A stretch of 64,000 nucleotides of DNA, taken from NCBI RefSeq assembly GCF_009834535.1, contig NC_045697.1, positions 70,992,001-71,056,000 of the forward strand, written 5' to 3'. Made by a program: the position numbers and the translations under genes. Shown here in pieces: positions 26,678 to 42,302 of the stretch. The DNA comes from Camelus ferus (taxonomy: Eukaryota). The notes under the pieces are model-generated. The model was given only the letters and a program-made list of their open reading frames with translations. It was not told the origin of the DNA and searched no databases. The number at the start of each line of letters is the position of its first letter. Positions within the stretch are counted from its first letter, which is position 1.

Positions 26678-27250
26678 TTTTTAAATTTCTCAGTAACCCA
26701 GGTAAGTAAGAGGCTTTTAGTACTTCTTTTATAAAAGTAGAATATATTTACTCAAAAAGGCAATTGAATTAATTAAAGAAGAGACATTAAAAACAAATGC
26801 CTCCAACTTTTATCCTGGGGATTACCTTCAGTATTTTCCAAATAATCCGAATCAATATGAATACCACACATTTACAATCCACAAAATGTAAAATATCCAA
26901 ATAAAATATCTGAACTAATATGTAATTGAACTTACAGGAACTGAACAATAGCAGGATAGAATTAAGTTCAAATGTAAAGATCCTTGCATATTTAGTATTG
27001 CTATTCCTGGTTTTGGTATTTTCCAGAGATCATTAAAAGTCTTTTTCAAATACTTATGTTCCATTGCAAATCCTCACAGCCCATAATTCAATACAAAGAT
27101 CAACGAAAAAAGGCACTTTTTTTCAGAATTTTACTAGCTGTGACATGCAAATACAATGTCACGTTTAACATTCTTGGTACTTGCTCTATTTAAGTTGTGG
27201 AAATGTACCACAGTAGCTCAACTTAAAATTCAATATATTGAATAATTAAG

Positions 27251-27251
<1 letters not shown>

Positions 27252-27284
<33 letters not shown>

Positions 27285-27285
27285 A
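27252..27285. repeat. (CA)n microsatellite
   Basis: Seen directly in the sequence. Confidence 0.9.
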
Positions 27286-28114
27286 AACCTGTTACATGAA
27301 AACTGTGGTAGCTATTTCTCAGAGAAGATTATAATCACTTATTTTAACTTGAAAATCCAAAACCAAAGGGCAACATTTCACAAGTTTAAAAAAATGAGTA
27401 ATTTTAAGTAAATTTTCATTTTCTGTTTCCATTCAAATAATTATCACTTCTTTTTTTGGGTCTCTCACTCGCTTCCCTTTTTTATTTCTAATCTTCTTTT
27501 ATGCCTGGGGTATTATTGACACTATTTCCAGATCTAGGCGCCCGGGCACACTCAATCTTCCTCAAAGGTGAATGTACACACCAAGGGACTCTTGAAAGAT
27601 TTACTTTGACCATGTGTCCTTCCTGACCTTAAGGCAGTGCCTTGCTGACTTCTCCTGAAGTCTGAAAGGTATCTACACCAAGCGGTCTGCTGAGTGAGTG
27701 TGGTATCCCCACAGGGTGGATTTCAGCCTCTGGAGGGAACCGGATAACGGCAGCACCATCACAGCAATGAGGGGCCGAGTGCCAGGGTGAAGAGAGATTC
27801 TGACACGTGGGACACCTGCCATGTACAGACCTGGGCTCCCGATGGCTCACAGTTCCTACCCATTCATTAAGTGCCTCCTGGATTCCCTCAGTTTTAACTG
27901 AATTAGGGGTATGTGGAAAGCACTATATAGAATACAATTTTCTACCCAAATCATTTATCCATTAAATGTTCTTGTAAATCCAATCCTATCCTATCCTATC
28001 GCCTGCCACGTGCCAACTGCTAGCAATGGAAATATGAATAAAGCGTGGTCTTCACTTTAGGAGATCAAGTGAATGATGACAGTGGACAGTGACAAGTATT
28101 AGAGAGGAGGGAGC

Positions 28115-28316
28115 AGACGTGTGCAGGAACTGGCTGCTGTCAGCTAGTGAGATACACTCAGCACATCCCTTCCTAATACCGTCTTTAGTAGCTGTAGTAA
28201 TTTGAAATCAGTGGTGGGGAAGGGAATTTATACCAAGAAAATCTGCAAATGCTACACACCAGGGCCATTTTCCCCCTGGAGTGATGGGTTGTTAAACATT
28301 TACCAGCATACCCCTG
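28115..28316 (+). mobile_element. MER63-like hAT DNA transposon relic
   Basis: gaaaatctgcaaatgctaca...gttgttaaacatttaccagcatacccctg matches the recalled MER63 3' end. Confidence 0.65.
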
Positions 28317-28675
28317 GAAACAGGTGTTAATTGTCTGGAGAAAAATGTTCATTGACATGGTGACAGTTGAAGGATCCTGAAGGATAAATAAGAGTTAAAG
28401 AGTAGGAAGAATTTTCCGAAGAAGTAAGAGAATTTTCAAATCTGTAGAGGATGCAACAATCTATGTTATGCTCAGATGATGGGTGAGAAGTCTGGTGTGA
28501 ATGGAGTTTGGGTGCACTGGGGTGAGGGTAGGGTGGGAAGAGAAGCAGGACATGCCTGGGGCTAAACTGTAAAAGCTTTAGCAGAGTTGTAGGAGCAAAC
28601 AAGAAGTTTAGGCATTGCACACTCATAACAGAGGTACCAAGAACTTACTTTGCACTTACTCCCCCAACCTCTGCA

Positions 28676-28719
28676 AAAGAAAAAATAAAGAAAGAAAGAG
28701 AGGAAAGACAGACAGAAAC

Positions 28720-28758
<39 letters not shown>

Positions 28759-28862
28759 CCGAACCGAAGGAAGGAAGGAAGGAAGGAAGGAAGGAAGGAA
28801 GAAAGGAAGGAAGGAAGGAAGGAAGAAAGAGAGAGAGAAAGAAAGAAAAAGAAAGACAGAGA
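28676..28862. repeat. Compound (GAAA)n/(GGAA)n/(GA)n purine microsatellite
   Basis: Seen directly; it produces the low-complexity ORFs at 28562-28916. Confidence 0.95.
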
Positions 28863-29444
28863 TGGATCGATGGCTGGGTAGAGAGATAGATACGTAACAA
28901 ATGCAAATACAATCACATATTAATTGTAGAAAGTAAGTGATGGGTACATGAGTACTGACTGTACAATGCTCTCAACATTCCTTTAGGTTTGAAACGTTTC
29001 ATAATAAAGTGTCAAAAAACGAAACTATATTTGGGAGAAGCTAGGCTTTGAGGGAAAAGGGAGACAGCAGCTTTAAGAAGAGAGGCCTTTCCTCCCTCCC
29101 TGTCCTGGTGTTGTACAGAGGACGCAGGAGCTTGCCAAAGAGGGCAAAGAAGAAAAGTTCTTGGCGTGATTACATCCACCCCTCCCCTTCTCCAAACAAC
29201 TCCAGGGGAAATTGGACCAGTAAGATTTTGTTTGATAAGCCCAATTCAATAGACCCTCATTGCTTTCAGTACCTTTTTGCTACTGTAAGAACTGAAGATG
29301 ATGAGCTACATAAAAATTTTACACTTGAATATTTTATGATATAGGAATCTTTTTATATTATTAGAACATAAAAAAAGCTGCTTTCAAAAATTGAGTTCCT
29401 TACTCTTTTTTTAGGTGTATATAGTTTTAATGTTTAAAATTTTA

Positions 29445-29729
29445 ATTTTTCTATTGACATATAGTTGATTTACAATGTTGTGTTAGTTTCAGGTGTACAG
29501 CAAAACAATTGTTTTATATATATATTTATATATAATTTTATTTTTCAGATTCATTTCCATTAGAGGTTATTATGAGGTACCGAATACAGTTCCCTGTGCT
29601 ATACAAGAAGATCTGTTTATCTATTTTATACATAATAGTGTATATCTGTTAATCCCCAACTCTTAATTTATCCCTCCCCTTCCCTTTCCCCTTTGGTGAC
29701 CATGGGTTTGTTTTCTATGTCTGTGAGTT
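29445..29729 (-). mobile_element. 5'-truncated L1 3' end (laurasiatherian/artiodactyl type)
   Basis: atagttgatttacaatgttgtgttagtttcaggtgtacagcaaa...agttccctgtgctatac...ccctttggtgaccatgggtttgttttctatgtctgtgagt. Confidence 0.8.
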
Positions 29730-32700
29730 GTGTGCTCTAATGGAAAATGCAGCAGAAAATTTCCACTTCATTATTATGCTGGCCTCAAATATTCTGCTAT
29801 TATTTAAGACTTCTTTCTTTAAAGGACTTTTAACTAATACAAGTGTAACCACAGCATACGTCTTTAAATCCAGTATATTAAAAGAAGTGCATACACATTA
29901 ACATTTCAAATTTTTTCAAAAGAAAGATCTATTTTAAGAGCTATATTTTGCTGGTAGGCTTCAAATCTCTTTAACCTTTTAGTTCAAATTCTAAGAAATA
30001 ATATAGAAACTCACCCCTTTTTATATTTGTTAAAATATAACGAAGTTCATCTCTATAAGAAACCTATTCCACTTGAAAGTAAAATGTGATTATGACTCAT
30101 GATTATTTAGCAGAGTTTAGACATGTCTCCAGATTTTATTTTTCAATGAATAGAGCAATTACTAAATTTGAATAAAGGCAATTGATGAAACAAAGCATTA
30201 AGGTGTTGAGATAAGAAATATTTTTTGTTGTCTTACATTAAAGACAAAAATTAGCTTGGCCTCTGCCCCATATCAGCACTTTTGAAATATGATACACTGC
30301 AAAGACAGAGTATGTCTTCAGATGCCTCTAAAAACCTTGCATGATTGGTCATTACAGCTTTTTTACAAGTGATGATGAAATTATAAGTACACAGACAGTC
30401 CTGTTTGGGAGAACGTATATCCCAAATTGGCCCCTACAAGGCTACAAGGCCAAACCATGTGCAGTAATCCCTAAACCTTATTTTCTTGTCTTTCCTTTCT
30501 CTGATCCACTTTAACAGTAACAAATCTTGAGCATCTATATCTCAACAAAGTGATGCTATTCAGAAATTACCTAAACAGCTACCCTGTTTTGTCCTTGGCT
30601 GTGAGTGTGACAAGTGCTTCATTACACTCTTCTACACAGCCAGGAACTTGAGTCCTGGGAGTTAGGGACAGCACAATAAAGCACTGAGGAACTGTTCATT
30701 CTGATGGGCTGGCTTCCAAACTGTAGCCTTTATACTTTTTACTCACGTATCTGCAAAATATCCTCAAAAGAATACTATTCTCACCTCCAAGTTTAAATAA
30801 AGAATATAATATTATAAACATTGTCAATTTTTAAATGAAATGACTATACTACTTTCTTTAAACAAATGGCACATAAATATCATAGCAATTTCATCCCACC
30901 ATCATTCATTTAAAGTAAGAATCCATTAAGAAGCTATTCATTGACATTTAGATATCTTACATTAGACCTTTTATCTTTGAAATTGCATTTCCATTTCAAT
31001 TTCCCTGCCTTTACTTTAGTGAATTATATATTTGTACTTTAAAGTATTTTATCACCACATTATATTTTGCTGTCAAATTTAAATTTAAAGTAAAGTATTT
31101 TTAAAATTTCCTGAGGCAGTATGCTCTAAGAGTTAAAAATTCCTTTGTAATCAAAATCACAATTATTAGTAGTGCATAACTGAGCTAGATAGCACAAACG
31201 TATGATAAATGTTTGTGAATATTTAAAAAACAGAGAAATAGAATTTGATTGGAATGTACCTCTTAATGATAAGGATGGGAGGGCAATTACATGCCTTGAT
31301 GAAGGAGAATTCCTAGGCAGTGAGTTTTTCCAGCCTCTGTTTGTTTAGTACTCCAGGCAAGGTTCACAGCGATTATGTCTGGGGAGACCTATGCCTTTCT
31401 GTTAAAATGGGAGAAAAGCAATGGAGAGAGGAGGTGGGAGAGGAGAGGCTGCAGTGAAGCCTGCAGGGTGGAGCCCAGGTGAGTCCCCAGGCTGATTATT
31501 TTCAGGAATGAGGACATATGGAAGCTGAGGATGTGAAAATGGATTTCCTTGCTCCTCTTGAAACCTTGGGTAACCCACTTGTTCAAATATTCTGGCATGA
31601 AGATAGCTGCTCTATCAAGAATTAGATTATTCAGTCTCTAGAGTTGACAATTGCTGGGAAAAAGATCTCCTCGACTAGCCATAACTTGAGAATCCTGCAT
31701 TACTGATCCATTTGGGTCAGTGCTGGTTAAATCTAGCTCAAAGAGATTGGAGGTGCTGCCCCTCACGAAACAGCTGTATGTATGCTTCCGTAGGTTACTC
31801 TATTAGGCAGAGAAAAACACCTTCAGGATAACAAATTTTTAAAAAAGCTCTGTAAAAATTCATCTTTTTGAGGATTACAACCCAAAATAGTTGAAATACC
31901 TTTCTAATTTTGATCCTAACAATCCCATATTACATATTCATAGGCGATAAAAATGGGACATAAACGCTACTCATTCCGAATCACTCCAAACCACGTATCC
32001 CGAATTTCTTCCATATGTTTTAGCTCAACTAAAATCTCAGCATGGAATAGAAACTACAGTGGTGTGATATTTGGCACAGGGCTATTCTGTCTTATATGTC
32101 ATTTTGAAAGGAACAGAAAATCCTTGAAAATGTATTTTTTAAATAAAAAGACTCTCCTGTGTAATGGACTTTAAAAAGAGCCAGTATAGCCTAGACTATT
32201 TCTTCCCACTTCTCTTGTCACAAAACATAACCGGATTCTTTGGACAGAAAGTCTTAAAAACGCGCAGACTACTCCCAAATGTCAAATAACAGTCATTAAT
32301 TGGTTATCTTAATACACAGATAAAAGTTCCTTTGGTTTACAAGGACTAATTTGATTCCATGGACTCCTGTTCTCTGAGATATTGTGTTCCATCTGCTCAG
32401 TAATTCCTCAGTAGAGTCACAGAAATTGGCTGTAAGTGTAAATTAAAACTTGGGTAAAAATAAAAGACTTTAAAGTAGATTAGGAAGCTTGGTTGAGTTT
32501 TCAAGAAACTACCACATATTCAGCCTATGCCTTACAAAGGACTTCTCAGTTTATTTATATTTACCGAAGTATAAACCAATAGTGTGTGAAATCCCACTTG
32601 AATTAAACTCTTTGTCATGACACAAATGCATCACTTTTGTAAACTGACAAGTGAAAATAAAAGCAAAATGAGACAAAATTACAAATGTCAAGCTAATAAT

Positions 32701-33562
32701 GTGGATTTATTGTCTATAGGAGAAACAATCATGATGCTTGGATGTTTAATCTACCAAGTATTATTCTGAATATAGGTAAGGATGCAACAGTTAAAAAGTT
32801 ATTCATTAAGGGCCTAATTGTGCATATATGCTAAATGCTGGAAGAAAGCACTTAGACAAGATTTAATTCTGGCCCCTTATGGATTTATACATTTATCAGA
32901 TACTAGAGTGATATTCAAATGTTATCTCGGAAATTAAAGAGAATGAAGGAAAAAAAAGGCACAAATATAGTAAAATACTATGTTTGACTGTCCCATGTGT
33001 TATACCCTAGACAGAAAGCTAACTGAGTACCATCTGACAGCACACAAGAAAGCAGGCTGAAGGTAGTGTAACCCCGCCATCTGACAGCAGAGGATGGCCG
33101 AGGCACTGGCATCCACGGAGCTGACCTGAAACAAAGCCACTCAAAATCTTCTGATGCTATTCAGGAACTAGGCAGGGTTCTTTGTCAGTACAGAGGGGAT
33201 GCGGCGAGGGCTTTACCCAAAAAGGAGGAAAATGAGAATCAGGTTCTGGCCACCGACCAGTGCACAGGCCTACACAGATGACCTGAAGAGGCAGAACGGC
33301 TCCTAGGTTGTGAGGCTTTAACATCACCGAAATATATTATCAGAGGAAAGGGATATATTAACTAAAACCTGCACTCGTCACCCACAGAGACATAAGACAG
33401 AAGAGAAGCCAAGGGAAACTTCTGAAACGTCTAGAGAAGGACCATGCAGGGGCCCGTGACAGCCCTTAAGCGTTCTGGCCCAACAGCAAAGCTTCAGATC
33501 ATAGACACCTGCCTGACTCATTCACTTCTTTTAAGACAAATGAACTGGCATGTCAGAGGCCG

Positions 33563-33702
33563 AATAGCACAGTGGCAAAGAACCCGGGCTCTGGAATAAA
33601 AGACCAAGGTTTGAGTCCCAGCTCCTCCATTTACAGACTGTGCTTGTTGGGCAAATGACTAAGCTTCTCTAAGTCTCACCTCCCTCATCTAAAAAATGAG
33701 GA
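33563..33702 (+). mobile_element. MIR SINE
   Basis: gggctctggaa..agaccaaggtttgagtcccagctcctccattta...ttgggcaaatgactaagcttctctaagtctca..cctcatctaaaaaatgagg (MIR core). Confidence 0.75.
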
Positions 33703-36700
33703 AGGTTCCAAGTGCTTCATTTGCATGATTTCAAATGGTAAGTTGTTGACCTAAGGTCATCAGCTGGGAACCCAAGCCATGATGCATGAGAGTGGTAGGC
33801 TGATGATCTGCTGCCCAGGTGAGTGGAATAATTACCTAAGTCATGCGCTCATTCATTCTCAACAGTCAACAGACACGAGTGCCGGGACTGCGCCACCTGC
33901 GAGAGCACCTGGCCCAGGATACTCAGAAATGTCCGCTGTTTATATTAAGAAGGAAATGCTTGTGCAGAAGTGAATATTCCAGTTCTTCCAATAGTTACAT
34001 TTCTCACTGTAAATTAAAAGGTTGATTGTGTGATCTTCATTAATATCAAGCTGCCTAAGTTGGGATCTCAGTCGAGTTTTGTGCCAATGAGGCTGAAGGT
34101 TGGACCCCAGATGATGGCAGGGGAGAAACTGGGATAATGCTGGTTTTGCCTTGAGAAAAAAAAACTAGACCACTCCACAAAGATGAGCTGGCCAAACAGA
34201 ATCAAGATTTCTATTTCTTTTGAGTTCTGAGAAAAACTAGAAGAAAGTTTTGTAACTTCTTGTGAGCTAAGAGTAAAGATGAAGGAATGAAATGGATTTT
34301 TAGAAGAGCGAAAATAGATTCCTGTCATAGCAAAATATTTTTAAACGTTAGATTTTCTGAGCATTTATTAAACTTTTTCGTATAGCCTTTAAACCTGCCA
34401 TCTGAGATCAAACAACTATAAAGAGAATGTTTTACAAACTCTGGACTCCCAACAACTCTGCGGTGGTTCCTTCAATTATTAATTATTCTCATATAAGTAT
34501 GATTTTCAGGTTAAGGAGCTGGACCTATAAAATGCTTAAGTACAAAAAAAAATCTTTTGTGCCAAAAACACAAGAGAAATATATTTTATGTTCTTCTCTT
34601 ATTAATTTTCGGCAAGCTGACATTACCCACTATAGCTCTCTTTATGAAGAATGCCTCTTTGATGTGCCAATTACCTCAACCTTGTTTGTAAGAAGTGAAG
34701 TTTTTCTAAAATACATAGACACACATATACACAAAATCTGCCTTTGTTGAGGAAAGAGAGCTCTCTACTTCAATATCTTTCAAATAAAGAATGCATCAAG
34801 GTTTACAGAGCCCATGCTTATTTCCTTTCATTATGCAACATGGACTTCCTTCTCAAATACATTTTATAAATACATTTAATTGAAGTGTATGCTTAGATAT
34901 GGAATAGCTAATGTTTAATATAAGTTGGCCAATGTCACCGTAAGCTGAAGGAAGGCTCAAATGCTACAAAAATCAATGGTTTTTAAACCTGCGAATGTTG
35001 TATATGTGTATAGCACATGTGACTACGGAAATACAGTATGAAACTCCAGAGTATTATTATAATATTCTAGCCAATGGTGGACATGAGCCAACCAATTAGC
35101 TGTAACAAGGATACAGCTGTTCTTTTTAACACTTAGTTTGTTCTGCAAAGTCTGGGTTTCCATGCAATGTGAAAATTATGCCACCTAATAAGGAAACTCG
35201 TTCGTGCAAAATAATGTAGTACAGTAAGAAGAGACACTGGTACTGTTAATGTCTGTGTCACTGTATCATTTTAGTTAGCAACTTAAAAAGACTTACTGTA
35301 ATCACATGGAAGTCAGACTCCATGATACTGATTACAGTAGGGTGGCTAACTAGGCACCTTGTTTGATAGCCAAGGCCCCAGAATATTGGTCCCATAAATA
35401 TGATGGGAATTTATACTCCAGTACCTAGTAAATGCCTGCGCATTTTTAAAACATGCTTCAGTTTTAATGATATACTGGATATAACTATTTGTTTCCTTTT
35501 TGTGGCATAACCATGATGAAAAAAAGCAGTTACCCATACTATAAGGGGTGCAGAGTACAAAGGACACATTTATAGTAGTAAAAATGATTCAGCTTATAAG
35601 TTACACACTGAAGTATTAAGTAATTGAGAAAACTCAACAATAAACTGGAAGGCTGTGCAAACTCAGTTATTTTCAAAAAATAAGAGAAAAAACTGATAAA
35701 CTGATATGCACCTTTGCATATAATTTTCTGAAAAATTTTATGGATTTCTCACATGGCCATCCTTCTTAAAGCAGTAAAATACATAACGCATTTTTCTTTT
35801 CCTTGTCAGAGTAGAACAGGACAGGAAAGATGTCCTTTATGTTTTCTCCTTCAGTTATTTTATATTTAATGAATATTTAAAATATTTAAATGCTTCATCC
35901 TCATGCACACTCCCCTCCTCCAACCCTCTAAGTCCTCTGTGAGACCAGCATGTTGAAAACTGTCTTGTCGTATTAGACCGTCAGCTCCGTGAAGGCAGAG
36001 ACCACATGTTTGTTTGCCACTGAATACACAGAAAGAAATATTCCATAAATAGATAACTTGACATGGAAATAAAAAGATAATATGTAAAATAAGATAGAAA
36101 TATAACCCTATATTAAAATTGAGGTACTCTGAATTTTATTTTAGTTTTTGGCCTTTACAAATGACTTCAACTTTCTTTTTTTAGCTGTTATAAAAATAAA
36201 ACCAATTTTGCTATTTCCCTCTTTTCAATACTGTTATCTGATAATCAAAGTTATGCCCTAATATTTTGTTTTCTGGTCAAACTTATACCTCACAGTAATC
36301 TTTCTGCATTTGGTGCAAATCCTTTTCAATAGCTGCTGCCTGAGCTGCTACCCAAGTTTGGTTCTTATGCTGTCTTCCTCATCACTCCTTTTTCCTTCAC
36401 TTGTTTTTCTTCCTTCTCCAGCTTCATCAAGGGATAATTTCATGGATCAGTCCTCAATTTTCTGGTAGTTCCTTCTGCATCAGTAACTTTGGAGACCTAT
36501 CTGACTCTTAGTAGATTCAGTTGTGACTTTTAGTTCAAAGCCTCTATCACAGGCCAGATTTTGTTCCCAGTTTTCAAGGTTCCACTGCCAAATCCTGCTT
36601 GCACATTTCCAGAGTTACGTGTGTCACTTTTACTCAAACACACGTCTGTCACTAAGCTCATCTTTCTTCTGAAACAGATGAGTGTTTTTCCATAAATGTT

Positions 36701-38889
36701 CTCATTCTCCTAGGCACCGAAGTTTGACCTATCCAAATCCACTTCTGTTTCCTTTGCCCCACTGATTCCAGAGCTGCAAGTCCTTGGACAGCTCTTTGGA
36801 ATAGCTCCCTTTTTATTTTACGATTAACACTATCACTATTCGGATCTAGTCACTGTTCGGATCTAGTCAACTTCGAGATACTTTATGAAGTCCCTAAATT
36901 ATATCCCAACTCATCCTCTGTTCCAAGCATTTTTCCAAGCTTGGAAAAAGTATTTGCTTTTTCTCCAATACTGCTTTTATGATGTTCCTCCTCTGCTCAC
37001 AGACTGCTGGCTATGTTTCAAAGTTGACAGAACAAGAGTCACGTCACCGCCGTGCTCCTCAGAGCTCTTTTTCGGTAGTAGATCTAAACATTTCTTTGTA
37101 TTTTCTATATTAAAAGGTGAGAATTTCTCCCCCAAATGGCCAATTATTATAGGACACACAACTGTTTGTTTTTTATTTTTTTCCAGATTCGGAACCTGAA
37201 ATCTGAGATGCTGAGATGAGCTGCTCAGAAATGACAATAATTACAGCCACAAGGAGAGCTCTAAGCTAATGGCTCTTAGTATATGTGCTGCCAGATGCAC
37301 AAAGCAGAGGGGAGTTTTTAGGATGAAATTCATCTCAAGCATTCATCATGGCAGATAAATACAGCTTTGGTAGAAAATGATATACCGGAACCCTTATAGA
37401 GGTATTCCTCAAGGACCCATAAGATGCCACGTTAGTCCCACTAATTCCCAACTTTGCACTTTAAAAAGTTCTGTATGAGTTTTTAAAGCTAGACAGAAAG
37501 CAGTGGGGAGACACTCTGGAACCTGTGATATTAGATTTGAAGAATTATCTAATAATTCAAAGCAGATGATGGGAGATAATTTTCTCGTATACAATTTAAA
37601 TGGTTTCATAGAGGCATGCAAAAAACTGCTCTGATCCTGTATTCAGTGACTTGCCTCTGGTTAACATTAGGATAAGGCAAAAATGTGGATAAAGGATAAG
37701 AGTTCCACCATGTGGTTTGCTCCTTAGATGAAAGCAGAGACATAAATTCTAATTTAATATTAAGTCTTTCCATTGCAGCCTGAAACTATATTTGGCTTGA
37801 AATACATTAGTTTTATTATTTTTCTCTTGCCTTTCTTATTCTATAGGATTTCAGTTTCACCTCTATAATTCGTTCCTGTTAGCCAGACTTACTACATATC
37901 GTAGTCTCAAACATAATTTGTATATATGTGTGTGTGTCTATACATATACATAAAGTGATCTCAGAGTCTAAGATTTTAGGACTAAAAGAAAGTTCCAAAT
38001 AAATATTTCTAACTCATGAAATTGTCATTAGGTTTCTAATGCTTACTGCTATTCCAGACGCCCTTAATATAATAATGAACAGTAAAGCAAGCTTTGTGAT
38101 GCAGATGGCTTGATTTCTATCAGCTGCTCCCTGCCTGCTGCCTCCCCATCCTGGCCCATCACACACACATTTTGGGATCACTTACTAATTCTTCGTCTGA
38201 AATCAGTCTTCTTCATTAATGAGAATTAACTACCAAATGAGATACATCTACTTGGATTTTTTAACTTCTCTGAAATGTTCTGGTAAATAATAAACCCAAA
38301 TTGAAACCAGACTATCACTTTATCATCCAAAATCAGAAGTGGAAACAGGAATCAGAGACCCCAATACGTATAAACTAGATCCTCAAAAGACATTCACTGG
38401 CATTAATCTGCTTCAAAATTTTACAAGACAAAAAAAGTTTTGTATTTTATTTTCAACATAAAAGAACCATGGGCCAATTTAAACCAGCAATCTTTTTAGA
38501 TAGATAGGCTCTCCCATTCCTTTATTTGTAAGGCAGAAGCTAAGAAGGAGAGATTCAAGACGTGATTTCCACCCAGTAGAAGTCTAGGCGAGCCAGGAGA
38601 CATTCTGTCTGCTCAGATACAATAAAATTTTTAACATTATCAAACGCTTATAACTTCTCAGAGTAAATTTAGGTTAAGAGAGTAGAATGATACTATTTTT
38701 TTTTTTTTGCTTTGTCTTTCATGACCAAATAATAGTGCAAAGAAACCTATTTCTTTATTTTATGGACACTTAACAGAACAAATGAAAGTACATTATGTTT
38801 AGCTATTAGTGTTGTTTTGTTAAAAAAAAACTCATGCTGTTTAAAAAAAAGAAAGATTTCAAGCATTGTAATCACAGAATGTGGAAAGT

Positions 38890-39065
38890 TCAGGAGCCTA
38901 AGGACCAGGCAGACGCCAGTTTGAATCCAAGCTCTATTACGTCCCTAACTGTGTGACCTGAGGTTTTAAGCCCACCTCCCTGAGTCTGGCTAGCTTCTTA
39001 TGAAAAACTGGGATAACATCGTAACACCTAAATCAAAAGGTTGTTTGGAGGATTCGAGATAATAT
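38890..39065 (+). mobile_element. MIR SINE
   Basis: agtttgaatccaagctct...aactgtgtgacctga...gaaaaactgggataa...ggttgtttggaggatt. Confidence 0.6.
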
Positions 39066-42038
39066 AAATAACCTACCAAATTTACTCAAAATGGACGACA
39101 GGTAATAATTATAAATTTTTGTTGATCAAAAAGGCACAATTAGGAAAGAGTTAGTACACACAGAAATGACTTAGGGTGATGTTAAGCACCTAAGTGTTAG
39201 CTGCTGCCAGCATCACCACTGAGTGGTAAAGCGGGGCTGAGAGAACCTGAAGGAAAGAGGCAAAATTAATCCCACACCTTTCACTCCCCAAGGGCATGAG
39301 AGCTCCTCCCTGCCACAGGCTCTATACACACTAAGAAGTCACCTTGAGAAGATAAACAGAGAGGCATGGTCTGCAGAGTCACCATGACTAACTTGGACTC
39401 TTGCAGTTGACATTGGGTATAAAACAAAATACTGAGAAGGGTTGGATAAATAACTCATCGAGAGATGGCTCCTCTTTAGAATAAGCCGCAAGTGAAGGAA
39501 GGGCTTTCGTTAAGTCATTTGATGTCTTCTGATTCCTGCTTTCACCTCAGTAGCCAACAACAAGCCCAGGAACCTGACAGGCAGAGCAGGAGGCCAGCCC
39601 CCAGGGAGGGACACACTCTGCAGGCTGCCTGCAGGAGGGACAGACAGGGTGGGAGAACTGGAAATTTTATCCTAAGGTTGAAAACAATACCAAAAAAAAA
39701 AAAAAAAAAAAAAAGCTTCAATATATGTTCTCAACACACTGTTGTCCCAAAGAGAGTCAGAGTTCTGGGAAGCTCTACAAGTTGTTCTTTGAGTACCTTT
39801 GAAGAAATCCATAATTTTTGTGACATGTTAAATAAAGCACTGAAGAACATTTCTGATGATTTACTCTAAAATGTACAATATCCTAAGTTAAACATATTTT
39901 TAATTAAAACTTACTTCAGTCTGCTTTTTTTTTCCTGAGAGGGCAAATTCAGGAGATTTGAACTAAAAAAAAAATCACATGGAGAGGTCGTAGCTGTTTC
40001 TCTGCCGGACTGATCTAAGACTTAAGCGTGGCAGTTAAGATTTCACTGGTCTATTTAGAAAGAACAAACTTCTTCCAAGTGCCTTGAAAAGGACATGCAC
40101 TCGTTTAATTGGAATGAACAGGCTTCAAAACAGTGCTGATGAGCACAGCACATTGATTGGATCTAATTATTTTAAAGCAGAGGAAGTTTCAAAATATACT
40201 CTTTCATGTACGTGACTGAGTGGGTGGGTAAAGAGAACTCACTATAAGTGAAGTAGAACACTGAGGTAGTCTTGGCAATAACAGTCAACTGTGCAGCAAA
40301 CACCTGCACTCTTAAAATGTGCAGGCACTTTTGGCTCTAAGACCTGGCAGCACATAGTAGGTACTCAACGTATGTTTGCTGAATGAATGGATTAATGTAT
40401 CATTACAAACATATGCAGGTCTATTTATTCCATACCATAAGTTACATTTTTAATATACTGTGTATTATAATTATTGGTCAACAAACTTGGCTAAAACAGG
40501 GATTTGTTAACAGAGGAATATCAACATGTTAATGCTAATTAATCTTTCTAATCTTTCTTTTGAGGAATAAAAGGAATAAGGTGAAGAAAGATTTAGATTC
40601 CACCAGGTTAGTATTCTTCTTTTAGGAAAAAAAGTCTCTGCCATTATAAAGAATAATATCTCTTAAATGATATCACTATCCCTAGAAAAGTTAACAATGG
40701 CAAACTGTGGCTATAACCAGAAACATTGAGAATCTGTATAAAGCACAAAATATACACTGATTATCTGGATATTTTGAAATATATCAATATATCTACTTAA
40801 GTAAGTTCTTACTACTATTCTTTAGCAAATTCTAACCTAGTAAAAGTTTTCATACATATATGTATATATATATGTGTGTGTATATGTATATAGATAGATA
40901 GTTTTTCTTTCCTTCTCTATACTGTACATCCCCTTGTAATGTGAAAAATGACTGAGGAAAATATATGGAGACAAGTAATGAAGACAAGAGATGTTATAGA
41001 AAAAAAGAAAAACTATGAGATGGTAGGAATAATTGCACACTTTAAATTTATACAAGTACATGGACTCTATTTATATGAATATATGAACATTTTATTTTAT
41101 TTTGCCTTCAGCATTAGGTATTCTGCAATTATAGATGTGATCTGTATTAAACCCAAGTAAACATTAAATAATGCTGTCCTGATAAGTAACTTTCAGAAAG
41201 GGCCACATTCTTGCTTCATTTTACCCAAGCGCAGTTTTTAAAGATAAAAATTGTATCAATTTAAACTTGCCACAATACCTAGTTTTCACTGCCACCTTCA
41301 TCCTTTATTTTATAACATGTCTTATTTTATTTATATTATCTGTTTATGCATCAGTCTATCCAGACTGTAACTTCTTCTGAGGTCTTTAATGCACTTTGGA
41401 ATCCTGAGTGCCCTATGCAGAGTAGGTACTTACTAAATGTTTAAGGAAGTGAAGTTTGCCCTCATACTTTTGTCCTCCAACTACATTTTTGTTAAGTTTC
41501 CATTCATTTTAGGGTCCTTTTGAAGAGCCAGAGAAATTTTTTCTCACCATCTCCATTCACCTCATAAATCTTTGTCTTTTATAGAAAGCATACTCTTCGA
41601 GAGTAACTGAATACCAAACAGTATCGTTAAAAACAATAAAAAAACCTCATGGCTTATTCATTATTATAGATATGAAAAAATATTGGGATTGACATAAATA
41701 CCAATATATCAATGTGTAAGTGCCTTCTTTTATCACAGACATCATTGAAAAATTGACAGGAACAACCTCACTAACAGAGCCAAAAAAGTCACTTAGCGAT
41801 GTGAGTTACCAAAAGATGGTGGTTATTAAGATAGTTCACTGCTTCAACAATGTTTTCAGGATAATAGGAAAATTCCCTCATGGTTTTTTTTCCTAATATT
41901 TCTTCAGAGCAACTAGAGAATAAACAATATCTTTCATTCTCAACAGTATGTTATGATTTGCACATAATCCAAAATCTTAGACAATTATTCTCAGGGTTAT
42001 CTATGAGACGCCAAGTAATCACCTGGCAAACAGCATTA

Positions 42039-42302
<264 letters not shown>

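Noticed and set aside
28562..28916. Overlapping LPSF/RKEG-repeat ORFs
   Set aside because: They are translations of the GAAA/GGAA microsatellite.
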